Assembly (NCBI GenBank): GCA_019058245.1
Contig: JAHPZJ010000013.1
Location: 329,166 to 393,165 of the forward strand
Origin: Promethearchaeota archaeon
GTDB taxonomy: Archaea; Asgardarchaeota; Lokiarchaeia; Sigyniarchaeales; SOKP01
Direction of reading: 5' to 3'
Length of the DNA: 64,000 nt
Both the position numbers and the translations under genes were made by a program. This document shows positions 19,904 through 31,070 of this stretch, in pieces. The notes below the pieces were generated by a model that ran no database searches, was not told the DNA's origin, and worked only from the letters and a program-made list of their open reading frames with translations. Within the stretch, counting starts at the first letter, position 1; each line of letters begins with the position of its first letter.

Positions 19904-20956
19904 ATGAGTGGAAAAAAAGAGAGTTCAAATGTAATCCGTTTGGCACATGGAGCTGGTGGTGTTTTACAAGAAGATTTAATCAAATTTATTACAAAAAATA
20001 TTCCTTTTAAAAAAGTTAATAACGGAATTGGTGTTGAGGAATTGGATGATGGTGCCACAATTCCTTTAATTAATTATGAAAAAGAAATTGTTATTACTGC
20101 TGATGGTCATACTATTTACCCTCTATTTTTTCCTGGCGGTGATTTAGGGATTTTGAGTGTTTGTGGCACTGTAAATGATCTTTTAATGATGGGAGCAGAA
20201 CCAATAGCCTTAACTTCCATAATAATTATTGAAGAAGGTTTCGAATTTGATATACTTGAAAAAATAGTTGATTCAATAAATAAAAGCGCAGAAGAGGCGA
20301 ATATTGCGATTATTGCTGGCGATACTAAAGTAATGCCAAGGGGTAGTCTCAATGAAATAATTATAGCAACAACAGGTATTGGGATTAAAGATAAAAATAT
20401 TCAAGTTTTAGACAATAATTTAAAACCAGGGGACGATATTATTCTAACCGGGAGTATTGGAGATCATGGTACAGCATTGATGGCTTCTCGAGAAGGTTTA
20501 AATATATCTACTGATCTAGAATCTGATATTTCACTCTTACTTGATATTTATAATATATTAGAATTGGATATTAAGAATAATTATATTCATGCTATGAAGG
20601 ATCCTACACGTGGAGGTATTGCAGCCGCTTTAAATGATTGGGCAAATAAAGCAAATATTAGTATTTGGATTAATGAGGAAAAAATTCCTATCAAAAAACA
20701 AGTTAATGCGATATGCGATATGCTAGGACTTGATCCCTATAATATAGCGTGTGAAGGTAGAGCTCTCTTATCAGTAGATCCTAAACACTCTGGAAATATA
20801 TTAAATAAAATAAAATCCACACAGATAGGAAAAGATGCAGAAATCATTGGTGAAGTAAAAGCTGAAAACCCAAAAAGAGTTTTTTTAAAAACTATTGTTG
20901 GTGGTACCAGATTCGTAGATATGCCTTTAGGAGAGCCAATACCTCGAATATGTTAA
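19904..20956 (+). CDS. hypE: Hydrogenase maturation carbamoyl dehydratase HypE
   Basis: LAHGAGG, PLFFPGGDLG, GTVNDL, AGDTKV, MKDPTRGG and C-terminal PRIC. Confidence 0.97.
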   Translation: MSGKKESSNVIRLAHGAGGVLQEDLIKFITKNIPFKKVNNGIGVEELDDGATIPLINYEKEIVITADGHTIYPLFFPGGDLGILSVCGTVNDLLMMGAEPIALTSIIIIEEGFEFDILEKIVDSINKSAEEANIAIIAGDTKVMPRGSLNEIIIATTGIGIKDKNIQVLDNNLKPGDDIILTGSIGDHGTALMASREGLNISTDLESDISLLLDIYNILELDIKNNYIHAMKDPTRGGIAAALNDWANKANISIWINEEKIPIKKQVNAICDMLGLDPYNIACEGRALLSVDPKHSGNILNKIKSTQIGKDAEIIGEVKAENPKRVFLKTIVGGTRFVDMPLGEPIPRIC

Positions 20957-20967
20957 CAGGTGATAAT

Positions 20968-22071
20968 ATGGATATCCCCGGAATAAATATTTTAAGAAGT
21001 GAGCAATTTACTAATAAAGTTATTGAGACTATAAATAAAATAGTTAAAGAACTAGGTAAAAAAATTAAATTTATGCATGTCTGTGGTACACATGAACACA
21101 CCATTTCAAAATATGGTTTAAGAACTCTCTTACCTAAAGAAGTTGAAGTATTATCTGGTCCAGGATGTCCAGTATGTATATGCCCTGCTGCTGATATTGA
21201 TAAAGCCATAGAGCTAGGAAAACGAGATGACACGATAATAACAACTTTTGGAGATATGATACGAGTACCAGCAACTAATATTTCACTTGCTGAATTAAAG
21301 GCTAAAGGTGCGGATATAAGAATAGTCTATGGACCAAATGATGCTGTTAAAATTGCAAAAGAAAATTCAGATAAAGAAGTAATTTTTTTTGCTATAGGGT
21401 TTGAAACTACTGTTCCTTTAATTGGATATGAAATACAATCTGGACCTCCCTCAAATTTTTCAGTTATTTGTGCTCATAAATTAATACCAGCCGCTTTGGA
21501 ATTATTAATGAGTCAATCCCAATTAAGAATTGATGGTTTCATTTCCCCTGGGCATGTATCAACTATAATAGGATTAAAACCATATGAAATATTCTCACAA
21601 GCTTATAGAATACCTAATGTGATATCCGGTTTTGAGCCAAATGATGTATTGCTCTCAATTTTAATGCTTTTGAAACAAGTAAGAGATAAAAAATATGAAA
21701 CTTTTAATGAATATTCGAGAGTTGTAAAGCCTGAGGGTAATAAAATCGCTCAAAAAATAATGGAAGAAGTCTTTGAACCAGTATCATCCCCATGGAGAGG
21801 TATCGGGAGAGTTAATGAAGGTGGATTAGTTATCAGAGAAAAATATAAAGAGTTTGATGCTGAGAAAAAATTTAATGTAAAAATTGAAAAATCTCAAGAT
21901 ATCCCTCCAGGGTGTTCATGTCATCTTGTAATGGTTGGAAAGCTTTATCCTTATGAATGTAAATTATTTAGAAAAGAATGCACTCCAATTCACCCTGTAG
22001 GACCTTGTATGGTATCTATGGAAGGAACTTGTAGCATCTATTTTAAATATCATAGTGATGATAATAATTAA
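20968..22071 (+). CDS. hypD: Hydrogenase formation protein HypD
   Basis: HVCGTHE, GPGCPVC, GFETT, PGHVS and GPCMVSMEGTC. RBS aggtga before the ATG at 20968. Confidence 0.97.
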   Translation: MDIPGINILRSEQFTNKVIETINKIVKELGKKIKFMHVCGTHEHTISKYGLRTLLPKEVEVLSGPGCPVCICPAADIDKAIELGKRDDTIITTFGDMIRVPATNISLAELKAKGADIRIVYGPNDAVKIAKENSDKEVIFFAIGFETTVPLIGYEIQSGPPSNFSVICAHKLIPAALELLMSQSQLRIDGFISPGHVSTIIGLKPYEIFSQAYRIPNVISGFEPNDVLLSILMLLKQVRDKKYETFNEYSRVVKPEGNKIAQKIMEEVFEPVSSPWRGIGRVNEGGLVIREKYKEFDAEKKFNVKIEKSQDIPPGCSCHLVMVGKLYPYECKLFRKECTPIHPVGPCMVSMEGTCSIYFKYHSDDNN

Positions 22072-22940
22072 ATTGACCATGGAAAGCATGACTCGTATTT
22101 ATCAGATCCCCACACATCCGTAGCAGGGAAATTGCACCTATATCCATTCTCATAGTTTTTATTATAATATGTTTTTACATGCATTCCCCATACTATCCTA
22201 TCAAAATCAGCACGGGTTATTCTTTGGGATTCAGAATTATGTGAAAAGTTTTTAGTGCTAAATTCAAGGCTACATTTCCAAAAATGACTTTTTTCTTTAA
22301 GATACTTTGCTTTGTCTCCCTGATCTTCCTCAACCCAAGAAACAAAACAAACATCATCCTTTCCTTCTAAGCAGTTATCTAAATATTTTATTCGAGAATC
22401 GAAACCACCTTCATTGGCTGCCCAATATCCACCCCAATAACTTACAAGCACTATGATAACCTTTCCTTTTAAATCTTTAACTGTTGGTCATATAAAATTT
22501 CGTTCTCTAAAATCTTTAAAAGTGAAGAGTATATTGGAATCAAATGAATCAGTAATAATTTTATTTAATTTCTTAATTCCATAGAGTTCTTCAGGCTCGT
22601 TATTCAAGTCAATAATAGAATCTTTAAGTTCAATAAATAGAGTAATGGGTGTATGATCTTTATTTTGTTCATTTGACCATTCTTTCAGCACTTTAAGCCA
22701 ATTAGAGAAAAGAAGATTATTAGGATTACCATCTACTTCAAGAAGTGAATCAATATGGTTTTCTAAATGATAAACTTCAAAGTCTTCTAATTCCTGTATG
22801 ATGTTATCATGTATGTCATATTCAAGACCTCTTACTCCCTTATTTAGCTGATCTCTTATAGAATGTATATATGAATTATGACTAGTTTTAATAAATGCTT
22901 TATGATATGGTATATCCCATCTTTTTTCGATATTATTCAT
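22068..22940 (-). pseudogene. Phosphatidylinositol-specific phospholipase C-like phosphodiesterase interrupted by one in-frame TGA (22488-22490)
   Basis: Track ORFs 22488..22982 and 22068..22451 are in the same frame: NFI-TGA-PTVKDLKGKVIIVL. Carries KTSHNSY, DQLNKGVRGLEYDIH, VYH and PITLFIELKD. The family typically has WPTLxELRGK at the stop. Confidence 0.75.
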
Positions 22941-23112
22941 AATAAAATGGAGGGCTTTAGTTAACATGTAGAGAAAAAGCAATAACTTATTTCTTTTTAT
23001 TATAAAATATTAAATCTTTTTATTTTGCATTTCTATACTATCTTCGCTATCTTTTAGAGTATAAATAAAAAATCAGTTGATTTATATTTCTTTTAAATTT
23101 TAATTTATTTGA

Positions 23113-25506
23113 ATGGCTGAAAAAACTGTAGAAATTAATATTGATGGTATTGTTCAAGGTGTAGGATTCCGTCCATTTTTATTTAATTTAGCAAGATTTT
23201 TAGGATTAAAAGGTTTTATTTTAAACCGAGGAAATGCAGGAGTTCGTCTTATACTTCAAGGAAATGATGATAAAATAAATGAATTTATTGAAAATATAGA
23301 TAAAAGTGCTCCTAAAATATCTTATATTGAGAATATAAGCACTAGAGATATAGAAAATCAAAGCAAATATTATGATTTAACAATTCGACCAAGCGAACAA
23401 GGTAGGGGTATAAGTCTTACATTACCACCAGATATTGCAATTTGTAATAACTGCCTAAATGAAATGAGAAATCAAGATAAAAAACGATTCTATAGATATC
23501 CTTTTATAGCATGTGCTCAATGTGGTCCACGTTTTACAACTGTAAATGAATTATCATATGATAGAGAAAGGACTACAATGAAAAGTTTTCCATTTTGTAA
23601 ATCGTGTCAAAATGATTATTCAGACTTTAATAATAGAAGATTTCATGCCCAAACTTTTGCATGTTCTGTTTGCGGTCCAAATTATGAACTATATGACAAG
23701 AATAGAACAAAGATTATAAAATCATCAATAGAAGAGATATTGATAGAAGTCACAAATAGAATAAATAATGGTGAAGTAATTGCTATTAAAGGAATTGGTG
23801 GCGTTCACTTAGTATGTCAGGCAGATAACGATGATACTATTTTAGAACTTAGGTCAAGGAAAGGTGGAAGAAAATATAAACCGTTTGCATTAATGATTCC
23901 AAATTTGAAACTAATCGAAAAAGAATTCAATATCTCTCAAGAAGAGAGAGAAATGCTATTATCATTTCGTAGACCAATTGTATTATTGGAACGTAAAGAG
24001 AAGATAGCAACTTCTATAATAAGTGATTGGGTAGCTCCTGGACTAAACAATGTAGGGTTCATGCTCCCATATACGGGGATTCATTATTTATTATTTGATT
24101 TAATCGGGAATAAACCCTTAGTTTACACAAGTGGTAATAGATCAAATATTCCAATGGGAATTGACAATAATACTATTTTTAAGCAATTAAATGAATTAGC
24201 AGATGGATTTTTATTACATAATCGAGAAATTTGTCAGAGAGCTGATGATAGTGTTTTAAGAGTTCATAATAATAAAATAAAATTAATTAGACGATCAAGA
24301 GGTTTTGTTCCAGAATATTTACCATTACCTTTTGAAGTTGAGATACCTGGAGCATTAGCTACCGGCCCTGAATTAGCAGTTACAGGAGCAATTTTACGTA
24401 GAAATCGAATATTTCCTACTCAATATATTGGAAATGTTACTCACTTAGAAACATATAACTTTCTGGAAGATGCTCTGTTTCACATGAAAAATCTCCTACA
24501 AATTAAGAATTCAGAATTAGAATTTATTGTCTGCGATGCACATCCTTCTTTTATAACAACAAAATTAGGTACTGATTTAGCAAATCAATTTAAAATTCCT
24601 TTATACTCAGTACAACATCATTACGCCCATATTTTAAGTCTTATGGCGGAAAATGAAATTGAAATAGATAAAAAAATCATAGGTATAAGTACTGATGGTG
24701 TTGGTTATGGAGATGATGGTAATATTTGGGGCGGAGAGATTTTGCTTTGTTCTTACAATAATTATATAAGGCTAGGATCATTACAATATCAACCAATGGT
24801 AGGAGGAGATCGTTGTACAAAATATCCTGCTAGGATGGTTGCTTCAATCATACTTAATACTTTAAATACGGACGAATCTTTAAAAATCTTCAAAAAAATA
24901 GGAATACAAAATGATTTAGAATATAAAGAAAATGAATTAAGTATTTTAATTTCTCAATTCAATAATGCCAATCAAAAATTTCCATCAGAAAATATACCTT
25001 TATCAAGTTCAACTGGTAGAATATTTGATAGTGTATCTTATCTTTTAGGAGCAGCAAAAATAAAAACATATAGAGGAGAACCTGCGATGAGACTTGAAAG
25101 TTTAGCTTCAAGAGGGAATCCAAATAATATAAATTTTAAGATTGAATATTATAAAAAAAATGGATTATATATAATTAATACATCAAAAATAATAATTGAT
25201 GTTCTTACTCTACTTGAAGATTCAAAAAATAATCGAAGCGATATTGCAGCAAAATTTCAAATTGAACTAGGAAATGCATTTGCAGAAGTTGCTATAGAAG
25301 TTGCTAAAGAACACCAAGTAGAGTGTATAGGATTAACTGGTGGTGTAGCATATAATTACTCATTTTCGAAAATTATTAAAGAAAAAGTGAATAATAAAGG
25401 ATTTTTATTTTTAGAACATAATTTAACAGCTCCGGGAGATGCTGGCATAAGTACAGGACAATTAATTGGTGGTATTTTTAAATATCTCAAAAACTATAGG
25501 ATCTAA
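23113..25506 (+). CDS. hypF: Carbamoyltransferase HypF
   Basis: GIVQGVGFRPF, zinc fingers CNNC/CAQCGPRF/CKSC/CSVCGP, KGIGG, QHHYAH, DGVGYGDDG and GDAGISTGQ. Confidence 0.97.
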   Translation: MAEKTVEINIDGIVQGVGFRPFLFNLARFLGLKGFILNRGNAGVRLILQGNDDKINEFIENIDKSAPKISYIENISTRDIENQSKYYDLTIRPSEQGRGISLTLPPDIAICNNCLNEMRNQDKKRFYRYPFIACAQCGPRFTTVNELSYDRERTTMKSFPFCKSCQNDYSDFNNRRFHAQTFACSVCGPNYELYDKNRTKIIKSSIEEILIEVTNRINNGEVIAIKGIGGVHLVCQADNDDTILELRSRKGGRKYKPFALMIPNLKLIEKEFNISQEEREMLLSFRRPIVLLERKEKIATSIISDWVAPGLNNVGFMLPYTGIHYLLFDLIGNKPLVYTSGNRSNIPMGIDNNTIFKQLNELADGFLLHNREICQRADDSVLRVHNNKIKLIRRSRGFVPEYLPLPFEVEIPGALATGPELAVTGAILRRNRIFPTQYIGNVTHLETYNFLEDALFHMKNLLQIKNSELEFIVCDAHPSFITTKLGTDLANQFKIPLYSVQHHYAHILSLMAENEIEIDKKIIGISTDGVGYGDDGNIWGGEILLCSYNNYIRLGSLQYQPMVGGDRCTKYPARMVASIILNTLNTDESLKIFKKIGIQNDLEYKENELSILISQFNNANQKFPSENIPLSSSTGRIFDSVSYLLGAAKIKTYRGEPAMRLESLASRGNPNNINFKIEYYKKNGLYIINTSKIIIDVLTLLEDSKNNRSDIAAKFQIELGNAFAEVAIEVAKEHQVECIGLTGGVAYNYSFSKIIKEKVNNKGFLFLEHNLTAPGDAGISTGQLIGGIFKYLKNYRI

Positions 25507-25576
25507 CAAAAGCTATTGTATTATTTAAGGAATATACTCTTATTGTTTAGAATACATAAAATAAAAACTAAAGAAA

Positions 25577-27100
25577 TCAAATTCTACTTTTTACAATTGA
25601 ATCTTCTAATTGTGCCAACTTTTGGAGAGATTTGAGAGGATAATTACCTGTTAAACATGCTAAGCATAATTCATTTTTAGTTTTTCCAATAGCTTGAGTT
25701 AAATTATCTATTGTTTGATATACCAATGAATCTGCTCCGATAACTTGTTGAATCGCTTTCAAATAATTATCACCATGCTGTAATTGAAGCCTTCCTGCAA
25801 TTAATTCATTCTTAGTAGGGAAATCAATACCCATATAACATGGACTTATAATTGGAGGGCAACTTATTCTTAAATGTACACGTTTTGCTCCTCCTTTTTC
25901 TCTTAATAATGATACTATTTGTTGAGTTGTCGTTCCCCTCACAATTGAATCATCTAATAGAATAACGTCTTTATCTTTAACAATATTCTTTATCGGATTT
26001 AATTTGTCTTTTACAGCAATTTTGCGTTTTGATTGACCAGGCATAATAAATGTTCTATGTACATATCGATTTTTCATTAATCCTTCTATATAAGGGAGCT
26101 TTGCTTCTTTAGCATAACCCACAGCAACACTTCGACCTGAATCCGGAACTGGAACCACAATTGCATTATTATATATCTCAGGATTTTTCAAAATAGGATC
26201 ATTTTTGGCTAAATTAATCCCTAATTGTAATCTTGCTTCAGCAACTGAGACATTATCGAGAATAGAATCTGGTCGTGCGAAATATACATATTCAAATTGA
26301 CAAATAGCGGTTCTGTGAGAATTAATTATAAGTTCTGAATGAATATCTTTTTGATGGCTCAAATGTACAATTTCTCCTGGTTTTACATCTCTTAAAAAGA
26401 ATCCACCAACACTATCAATAGCACAAGATTCAGATGCAACAAAATATAGGTTTCTTTGTTCAGTTTTTAATTCCCCTATACATAAAGGCTTAAATCCTAA
26501 AGGATCTCTAATAGCATAAATATCACCCTTAGAAGTCATCAAGATTAAGGAATAGGAGCCATCTAATAGTTTACTTGTTAGCTTAAGGATCTCAGGCCAA
26601 TCCTCGGTTCCTAAAGCAATTGATCCAATTAATTGAGCTAAGACCTCAGTATCGGTATCAGTGATAAATATACGTCCCATTTCATCCATTCTTTTTTTAA
26701 TCTCGTCAAAATTAGCTATAGTTCCATTGAACGCCATAGAAAATTCAATTTCATTATTCTTAAAATGAAATGGTTGCATATAAAGAGAAGAGTTAAATCC
26801 TACTGCTCCAGTTGTTGCATATCTGTTATGTCCAATACCTACATTTCCCCAATACTGTGAAATAATTTTTTCCTTTAATACTTTTGAAACTAATCCATTC
26901 TTTTTATATGTAAATATATTTCCACCAGTTTTTAAAAGAGATATCCCTGTAGATTCTTGTCCCCGATGCTGTAAAGCAATTAATCCTCGATACAAGAAAT
27001 TTGAGACAGAATATCCAATGTCATCGCAAGTTACGCCAAAAATAGCACAATGCTCTCTTGGTTTTTCTCTCATTTGTCTTATTCTTCTTACTTTTAACAT
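25577..27100 (-). CDS. purF: Amidophosphoribosyltransferase (start may be 27073)
   Basis: Propeptide then CAIFG, LQHRGQES, GHNRYAT, FEYVYFARPDS, DDSIVRGTT and CLACLTG. Confidence 0.97.
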   Translation of the reverse strand: MLKVRRIRQMREKPREHCAIFGVTCDDIGYSVSNFLYRGLIALQHRGQESTGISLLKTGGNIFTYKKNGLVSKVLKEKIISQYWGNVGIGHNRYATTGAVGFNSSLYMQPFHFKNNEIEFSMAFNGTIANFDEIKKRMDEMGRIFITDTDTEVLAQLIGSIALGTEDWPEILKLTSKLLDGSYSLILMTSKGDIYAIRDPLGFKPLCIGELKTEQRNLYFVASESCAIDSVGGFFLRDVKPGEIVHLSHQKDIHSELIINSHRTAICQFEYVYFARPDSILDNVSVAEARLQLGINLAKNDPILKNPEIYNNAIVVPVPDSGRSVAVGYAKEAKLPYIEGLMKNRYVHRTFIMPGQSKRKIAVKDKLNPIKNIVKDKDVILLDDSIVRGTTTQQIVSLLREKGGAKRVHLRISCPPIISPCYMGIDFPTKNELIAGRLQLQHGDNYLKAIQQVIGADSLVYQTIDNLTQAIGKTKNELCLACLTGNYPLKSLQKLAQLEDSIVKSRI

Positions 27101-27199
27101 GATTTTAGATTTTTTGAGAGAATCAGTTATAATATCTTCAATTAATTTAAATCATATAAAATTTTTAATTATTAGTTTAATAGAATATAAAATCTTTTT

Positions 27200-27895
27200 A
27201 TGATAAAATTGTCAATGAGTAATTGTGATTCTAATTCAGTTGCAATAATAATTCTAATTGGGGGTAAAAGCACTCGATTTGGAAAAGATAAAGGTCTTTT
27301 CGAATTTAATGGGAAGCCATTGATATCTTATCAATTAGACACGTTAAAACAAGGAAATTATGATATCTTTTTAGTTGCTCATTCCTCAGAGCAAGTTCAA
27401 AATTATGTCGATAATATCGATATTTCTCAAATTATGGCATTTATTATCGATGCAGATTTTTTAATCTCAGATTCCAATAAGCGAACTCCATTGTTAGGAA
27501 TTTACTCCGGATTTAAAGAATTACAAAATCTTGGATATCAAAAATCTCTTGTAATACCATGCGATATACCTCTAATTAATCTCGATGTTGTTAAATTAAT
27601 AATAAGAGAATCTTATGAATATGATTGCTGTATTCCTAGCTGGGAAAACCATCTTTTAGAGCCATTATTTGCAGTATATTCTATTGAGAAAACCTTGATA
27701 AAAGCAGAAAAGAATCTTAAAGAAGAAAATTACAAATTGATTAATTTATTGGATGATGATTGGAAAATTAACTATCTTTCCATTGAGAAAATTATCTCTA
27801 GTATAGACAATGAATTATTCTCGTTTATTAATATAAATAAGCAGCCTGATTTAAAAAAATTGAAAAAAAAAATAGATTTTAGCAAGAATTTTTAA
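27200..27895 (+). CDS. mobA: Molybdenum cofactor guanylyltransferase MobA
   Basis: LIGGKSTRFGKDK, TPLLGI, PCDIPLI, EPLFAVY and FININ. Confidence 0.9.
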   Translation: MIKLSMSNCDSNSVAIIILIGGKSTRFGKDKGLFEFNGKPLISYQLDTLKQGNYDIFLVAHSSEQVQNYVDNIDISQIMAFIIDADFLISDSNKRTPLLGIYSGFKELQNLGYQKSLVIPCDIPLINLDVVKLIIRESYEYDCCIPSWENHLLEPLFAVYSIEKTLIKAEKNLKEENYKLINLLDDDWKINYLSIEKIISSIDNELFSFININKQPDLKKLKKKIDFSKNF

Positions 27896-27906
27896 ATACT
27901 ATATTT

Positions 27907-28395
27907 TTAGAATCCATCTGGACCCATTATTCCCCCGATTAGTCCTAAAACCCCTCCCCCTAACATAAGATAAGTTCCAAGTGAGAGATCAATAAGTTCT
28001 CCACCGAGAGGTAAATCAAAGGGAATGATGCCTTCTACTAACGCTTTATCATACTTTAAAACTTCAACATATTTACCGATATTTGCTATATCTAAGATAC
28101 CATATACCGTAAGGATAAAATATACTGCAAATACAATTGCTAATATACCTCCAATTATACTAGGTACTCGACTCTTAACACCTAATATAATCAAAATTCC
28201 TGAAAGCATAACAATAATGAAAACAATTATCATTATAATAACGTCTATCTTAACATCTTCAAAAAATGTACCTATATTTAAGAATAATCCGAGATAATAA
28301 TAGTAGAACGATCCAGCAGAGGCAAATGAAAATACAAATGTGGCTACAAGTGTTATTATACCTCCAAGGATACATAAAATTTTTCCCGCACCCAT
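27907..28395 (-). CDS. Hypothetical membrane protein (about 4 TM)
   Basis: Gly-rich hydrophobic helices and a clean ATG start. Confidence 0.75.
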   Translation of the reverse strand: MGAGKILCILGGIITLVATFVFSFASAGSFYYYYLGLFLNIGTFFEDVKIDVIIMIIVFIIVMLSGILIILGVKSRVPSIIGGILAIVFAVYFILTVYGILDIANIGKYVEVLKYDKALVEGIIPFDLPLGGELIDLSLGTYLMLGGGVLGLIGGIMGPDGF

Positions 28396-28618
28396 TATAT
28401 GTTCACAATTTTTTATTTTGATTTTTTATTATAAATTAAATTACTTTATATATATAATTTGAATCTAATATGAAATTAAATTAGATGTTTTATAGGGTTA
28501 AGCTTTATAGTATCATATTAACTTATAGAATATGTAAATAATATTAATTCTACATATATAATATACTAAAACTTATTACTTTTAAAGACAAAAGCTAATT
28601 TTTCAGGATATAAGAAGA

Positions 28619-28996
28619 TTATTTTTCAATGTGTAACTCTTTTACAATATTCTGAACAGTGATTAATAACTCTTGCATTTTGAAGGGCTTATCTAAAAAT
28701 CCAGATGCCCCTAAGGATAAAGCCTTTTGCCTTACTGTCATATCTGCACTTGCAAAAATTATTTTCTCTTTTTTGTTCATTTCTAAAATTTCTACCATCG
28801 TATCTAATCCATTTTTTATCGGCATTCTATGATCCATTAGAATTAAATCAGGTTTTATATTAAGTTTTTTGTACTTCTCAATAGCGTCTTTTCCATTGAT
28901 TGCTATTTCAATTATCTCAAAACCACTTTCTTTCAATATTAAACTGTATAGTCTCTGTAGTGATTTATCATCATCGACGATAAAAATCTTAATCAT
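28619..28996 (-). CDS. Single-domain response regulator (CheY-like)
   Basis: IVDDD, DLILMDHRMP..NG, ASA and FLDKPF. Confidence 0.95.
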   Translation of the reverse strand: MIKIFIVDDDKSLQRLYSLILKESGFEIIEIAINGKDAIEKYKKLNIKPDLILMDHRMPIKNGLDTMVEILEMNKKEKIIFASADMTVRQKALSLGASGFLDKPFKMQELLITVQNIVKELHIEK

Positions 28997-29282
28997 TCAA
29001 TTGTACCTTTTCCTGATTAGTATCCAAAAAAAATTAAATTTCTTTTTAAAACCCTTAATCTATTATTCTGTAAGTTTAAAGTATTCAAAGAAGAACTTTT
29101 ATTTAAGTCTAGACATATACAAAAAAGTAGTAGATTTTATATAAAGAGAATTTCACTAATACTTTAAAATTTATAATAAATCTTTATAAAAATAATAGAT
29201 TCTTTTACATATTGGAATTATTCTAAATATTGGTAATTATAATTTAGAATTTTATTCACAGATATTACTTAGGAATATTACA

Positions 29283-31004
29283 ATGAAGGATTTAATAATT
29301 AAAAATGGCTTAGTTTATGACCCATTAAATAACATCGATGGAGAAAAAAAAGAAATTCACATTAAAGATGGAGTTATTGTAGAAAAGGTTAATGGAGACG
29401 CGAAAGTAATAGACGCATCTGGAATGATCATTATGCCTGGAGGAGTTGATATTCATGCGCATATCGCAGGTACTAAAGTAAATGCGGGTCGCTCATTTCG
29501 ACCAGAGGATAAACTTGATGGATTTAATGAGAAAAGAACTAAATTAACTCGAAGTGGTACTGGATGGTCAGTTCCCTCAACTTGGACAACTGGATATAGA
29601 TATGCGAGACTTGGATATACAACTGTAGTTGAACCCGCCATGCCGCTACTTAAAGCACGTCATACACATGAAGAATTTCTCGATACTCCAATAATAGACA
29701 AAGCAGCCTTTCCATTGTTCGGAAACAATTGGTTCGTAATGGAGTATATTAAAAAGAAAGATTATGAAAAGTTAGCTGCTTATATCGCTTGGATTTTAAA
29801 GGTAACTAAAGGATATGCTGTAAAGATAGTAAATCCTGGAGGTGTCGAGAATTGGGCTTGGGGAAAAAATGTAGAAAGCTTAGATTCTACTGTATTTCAT
29901 TTTGAAGTAACTCCAAGAGAAATATTAGAAAGCTTAGCAAAAGTTAATGAAATCCTCAAATTACCACATACTATTCATGTACATGCTAACAATTTAGGAC
30001 ATCCTGGTAATAAAGAACATACACTTGAAACTTTTAAAGCCGTTGAAAAAATTAAACCAAAAGATGGACGAAAATCAGCATTCCACTTAACTCATTGTCA
30101 GTTCAATGCATATGGGGGAACAAGCTGGGGAGATTTCGAATCTGGTGCAGCAGATATTGCTGAATATTTAAATTCGCATGATCATTTAACTGTAGACATG
30201 GGACAAGTAATTTTTGGAAAAGCAGCAACAACTACAATGACCGCGGACGGGCCGTGGGAATTCGCACTTCATCATATAGGAGGTACTTCAGCATGGGGCG
30301 CAAAACCAGGAATTAAGTGGATCAATGGGCAAGTAGAAGGAGAATCAGGATCAGGCATCGTACCTTATCAATTTAGTCCAAAAATCACTGTAAATGCGGT
30401 ACAATGGGCTATTGGATTGGAACTTGCACTTCTGATTAAGAATCCATGGCAAATTTATGTCACCACAGATCACCCTAATGGGGGTCCATTTACCTCGTAT
30501 CCACAGGTTGTTCGCTGGTTGATGGATAAAAAATCCAGGGACGATGTTCTTCTCAATCAATGTAGTAAAAGAGCATCAGAGAGAACTGAATTAAAGGATA
30601 TCGATCGGGAGTTAACATTAACCGAGATTTGCATAATGACAAGAGCCGGAACTGCGAAATGTTTAGGAATGAACGATCGAGGACATTTGGGAATTGGTGC
30701 TATAGGTGATGTTGCTATTTATAATTTAGATCCGAAAAAGATGGATGGACATGCCATAGAAAAAGCCTTTACGTTAGCAGCATATACCATAAAGGATGGA
30801 CAGATTGTCGTGAAGGATGGAGAGATCACCGCAACTCCTATGGGTACTACGATTTGTGCTGAAGGAAAGGTTGAAGAAAATGAAGTTGAAGCTTTAATAG
30901 CTGATGTTAAAACACACTGGCGTAACCATTATAGTATTAATTTCAACAATTATGCAATTGGAAACTATTATACTCCAAAAATGAAAATTATGAATGGAGC
31001 CTAA
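29283..31004 (+). CDS. fwdA: Formylmethanofuran dehydrogenase subunit A
   Basis: MPGGVDIHAHIAG, RHTHEE, KIVNPGG, IHVHANNLG, HCQF, TTDHPNGGPF and MTRAGTAK. Confidence 0.96.
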   Translation: MKDLIIKNGLVYDPLNNIDGEKKEIHIKDGVIVEKVNGDAKVIDASGMIIMPGGVDIHAHIAGTKVNAGRSFRPEDKLDGFNEKRTKLTRSGTGWSVPSTWTTGYRYARLGYTTVVEPAMPLLKARHTHEEFLDTPIIDKAAFPLFGNNWFVMEYIKKKDYEKLAAYIAWILKVTKGYAVKIVNPGGVENWAWGKNVESLDSTVFHFEVTPREILESLAKVNEILKLPHTIHVHANNLGHPGNKEHTLETFKAVEKIKPKDGRKSAFHLTHCQFNAYGGTSWGDFESGAADIAEYLNSHDHLTVDMGQVIFGKAATTTMTADGPWEFALHHIGGTSAWGAKPGIKWINGQVEGESGSGIVPYQFSPKITVNAVQWAIGLELALLIKNPWQIYVTTDHPNGGPFTSYPQVVRWLMDKKSRDDVLLNQCSKRASERTELKDIDRELTLTEICIMTRAGTAKCLGMNDRGHLGIGAIGDVAIYNLDPKKMDGHAIEKAFTLAAYTIKDGQIVVKDGEITATPMGTTICAEGKVEENEVEALIADVKTHWRNHYSINFNNYAIGNYYTPKMKIMNGA

Positions 31005-31070
31005 TTTTTTATTTATACTTTTATTTTAGTTAATAGTATTAAATCAATAAAATCATTAAATTCAGATTTA

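Noticed and set aside
22488-22490. Genome-wide UGA=Trp recoding, or Sec at the PI-PLC stop
   Set aside because: TGA ends several intact genes (for example at 3669, 6423, 51462 and 51472), TGG is used for Trp throughout, and the aligned residue is Trp rather than Cys.
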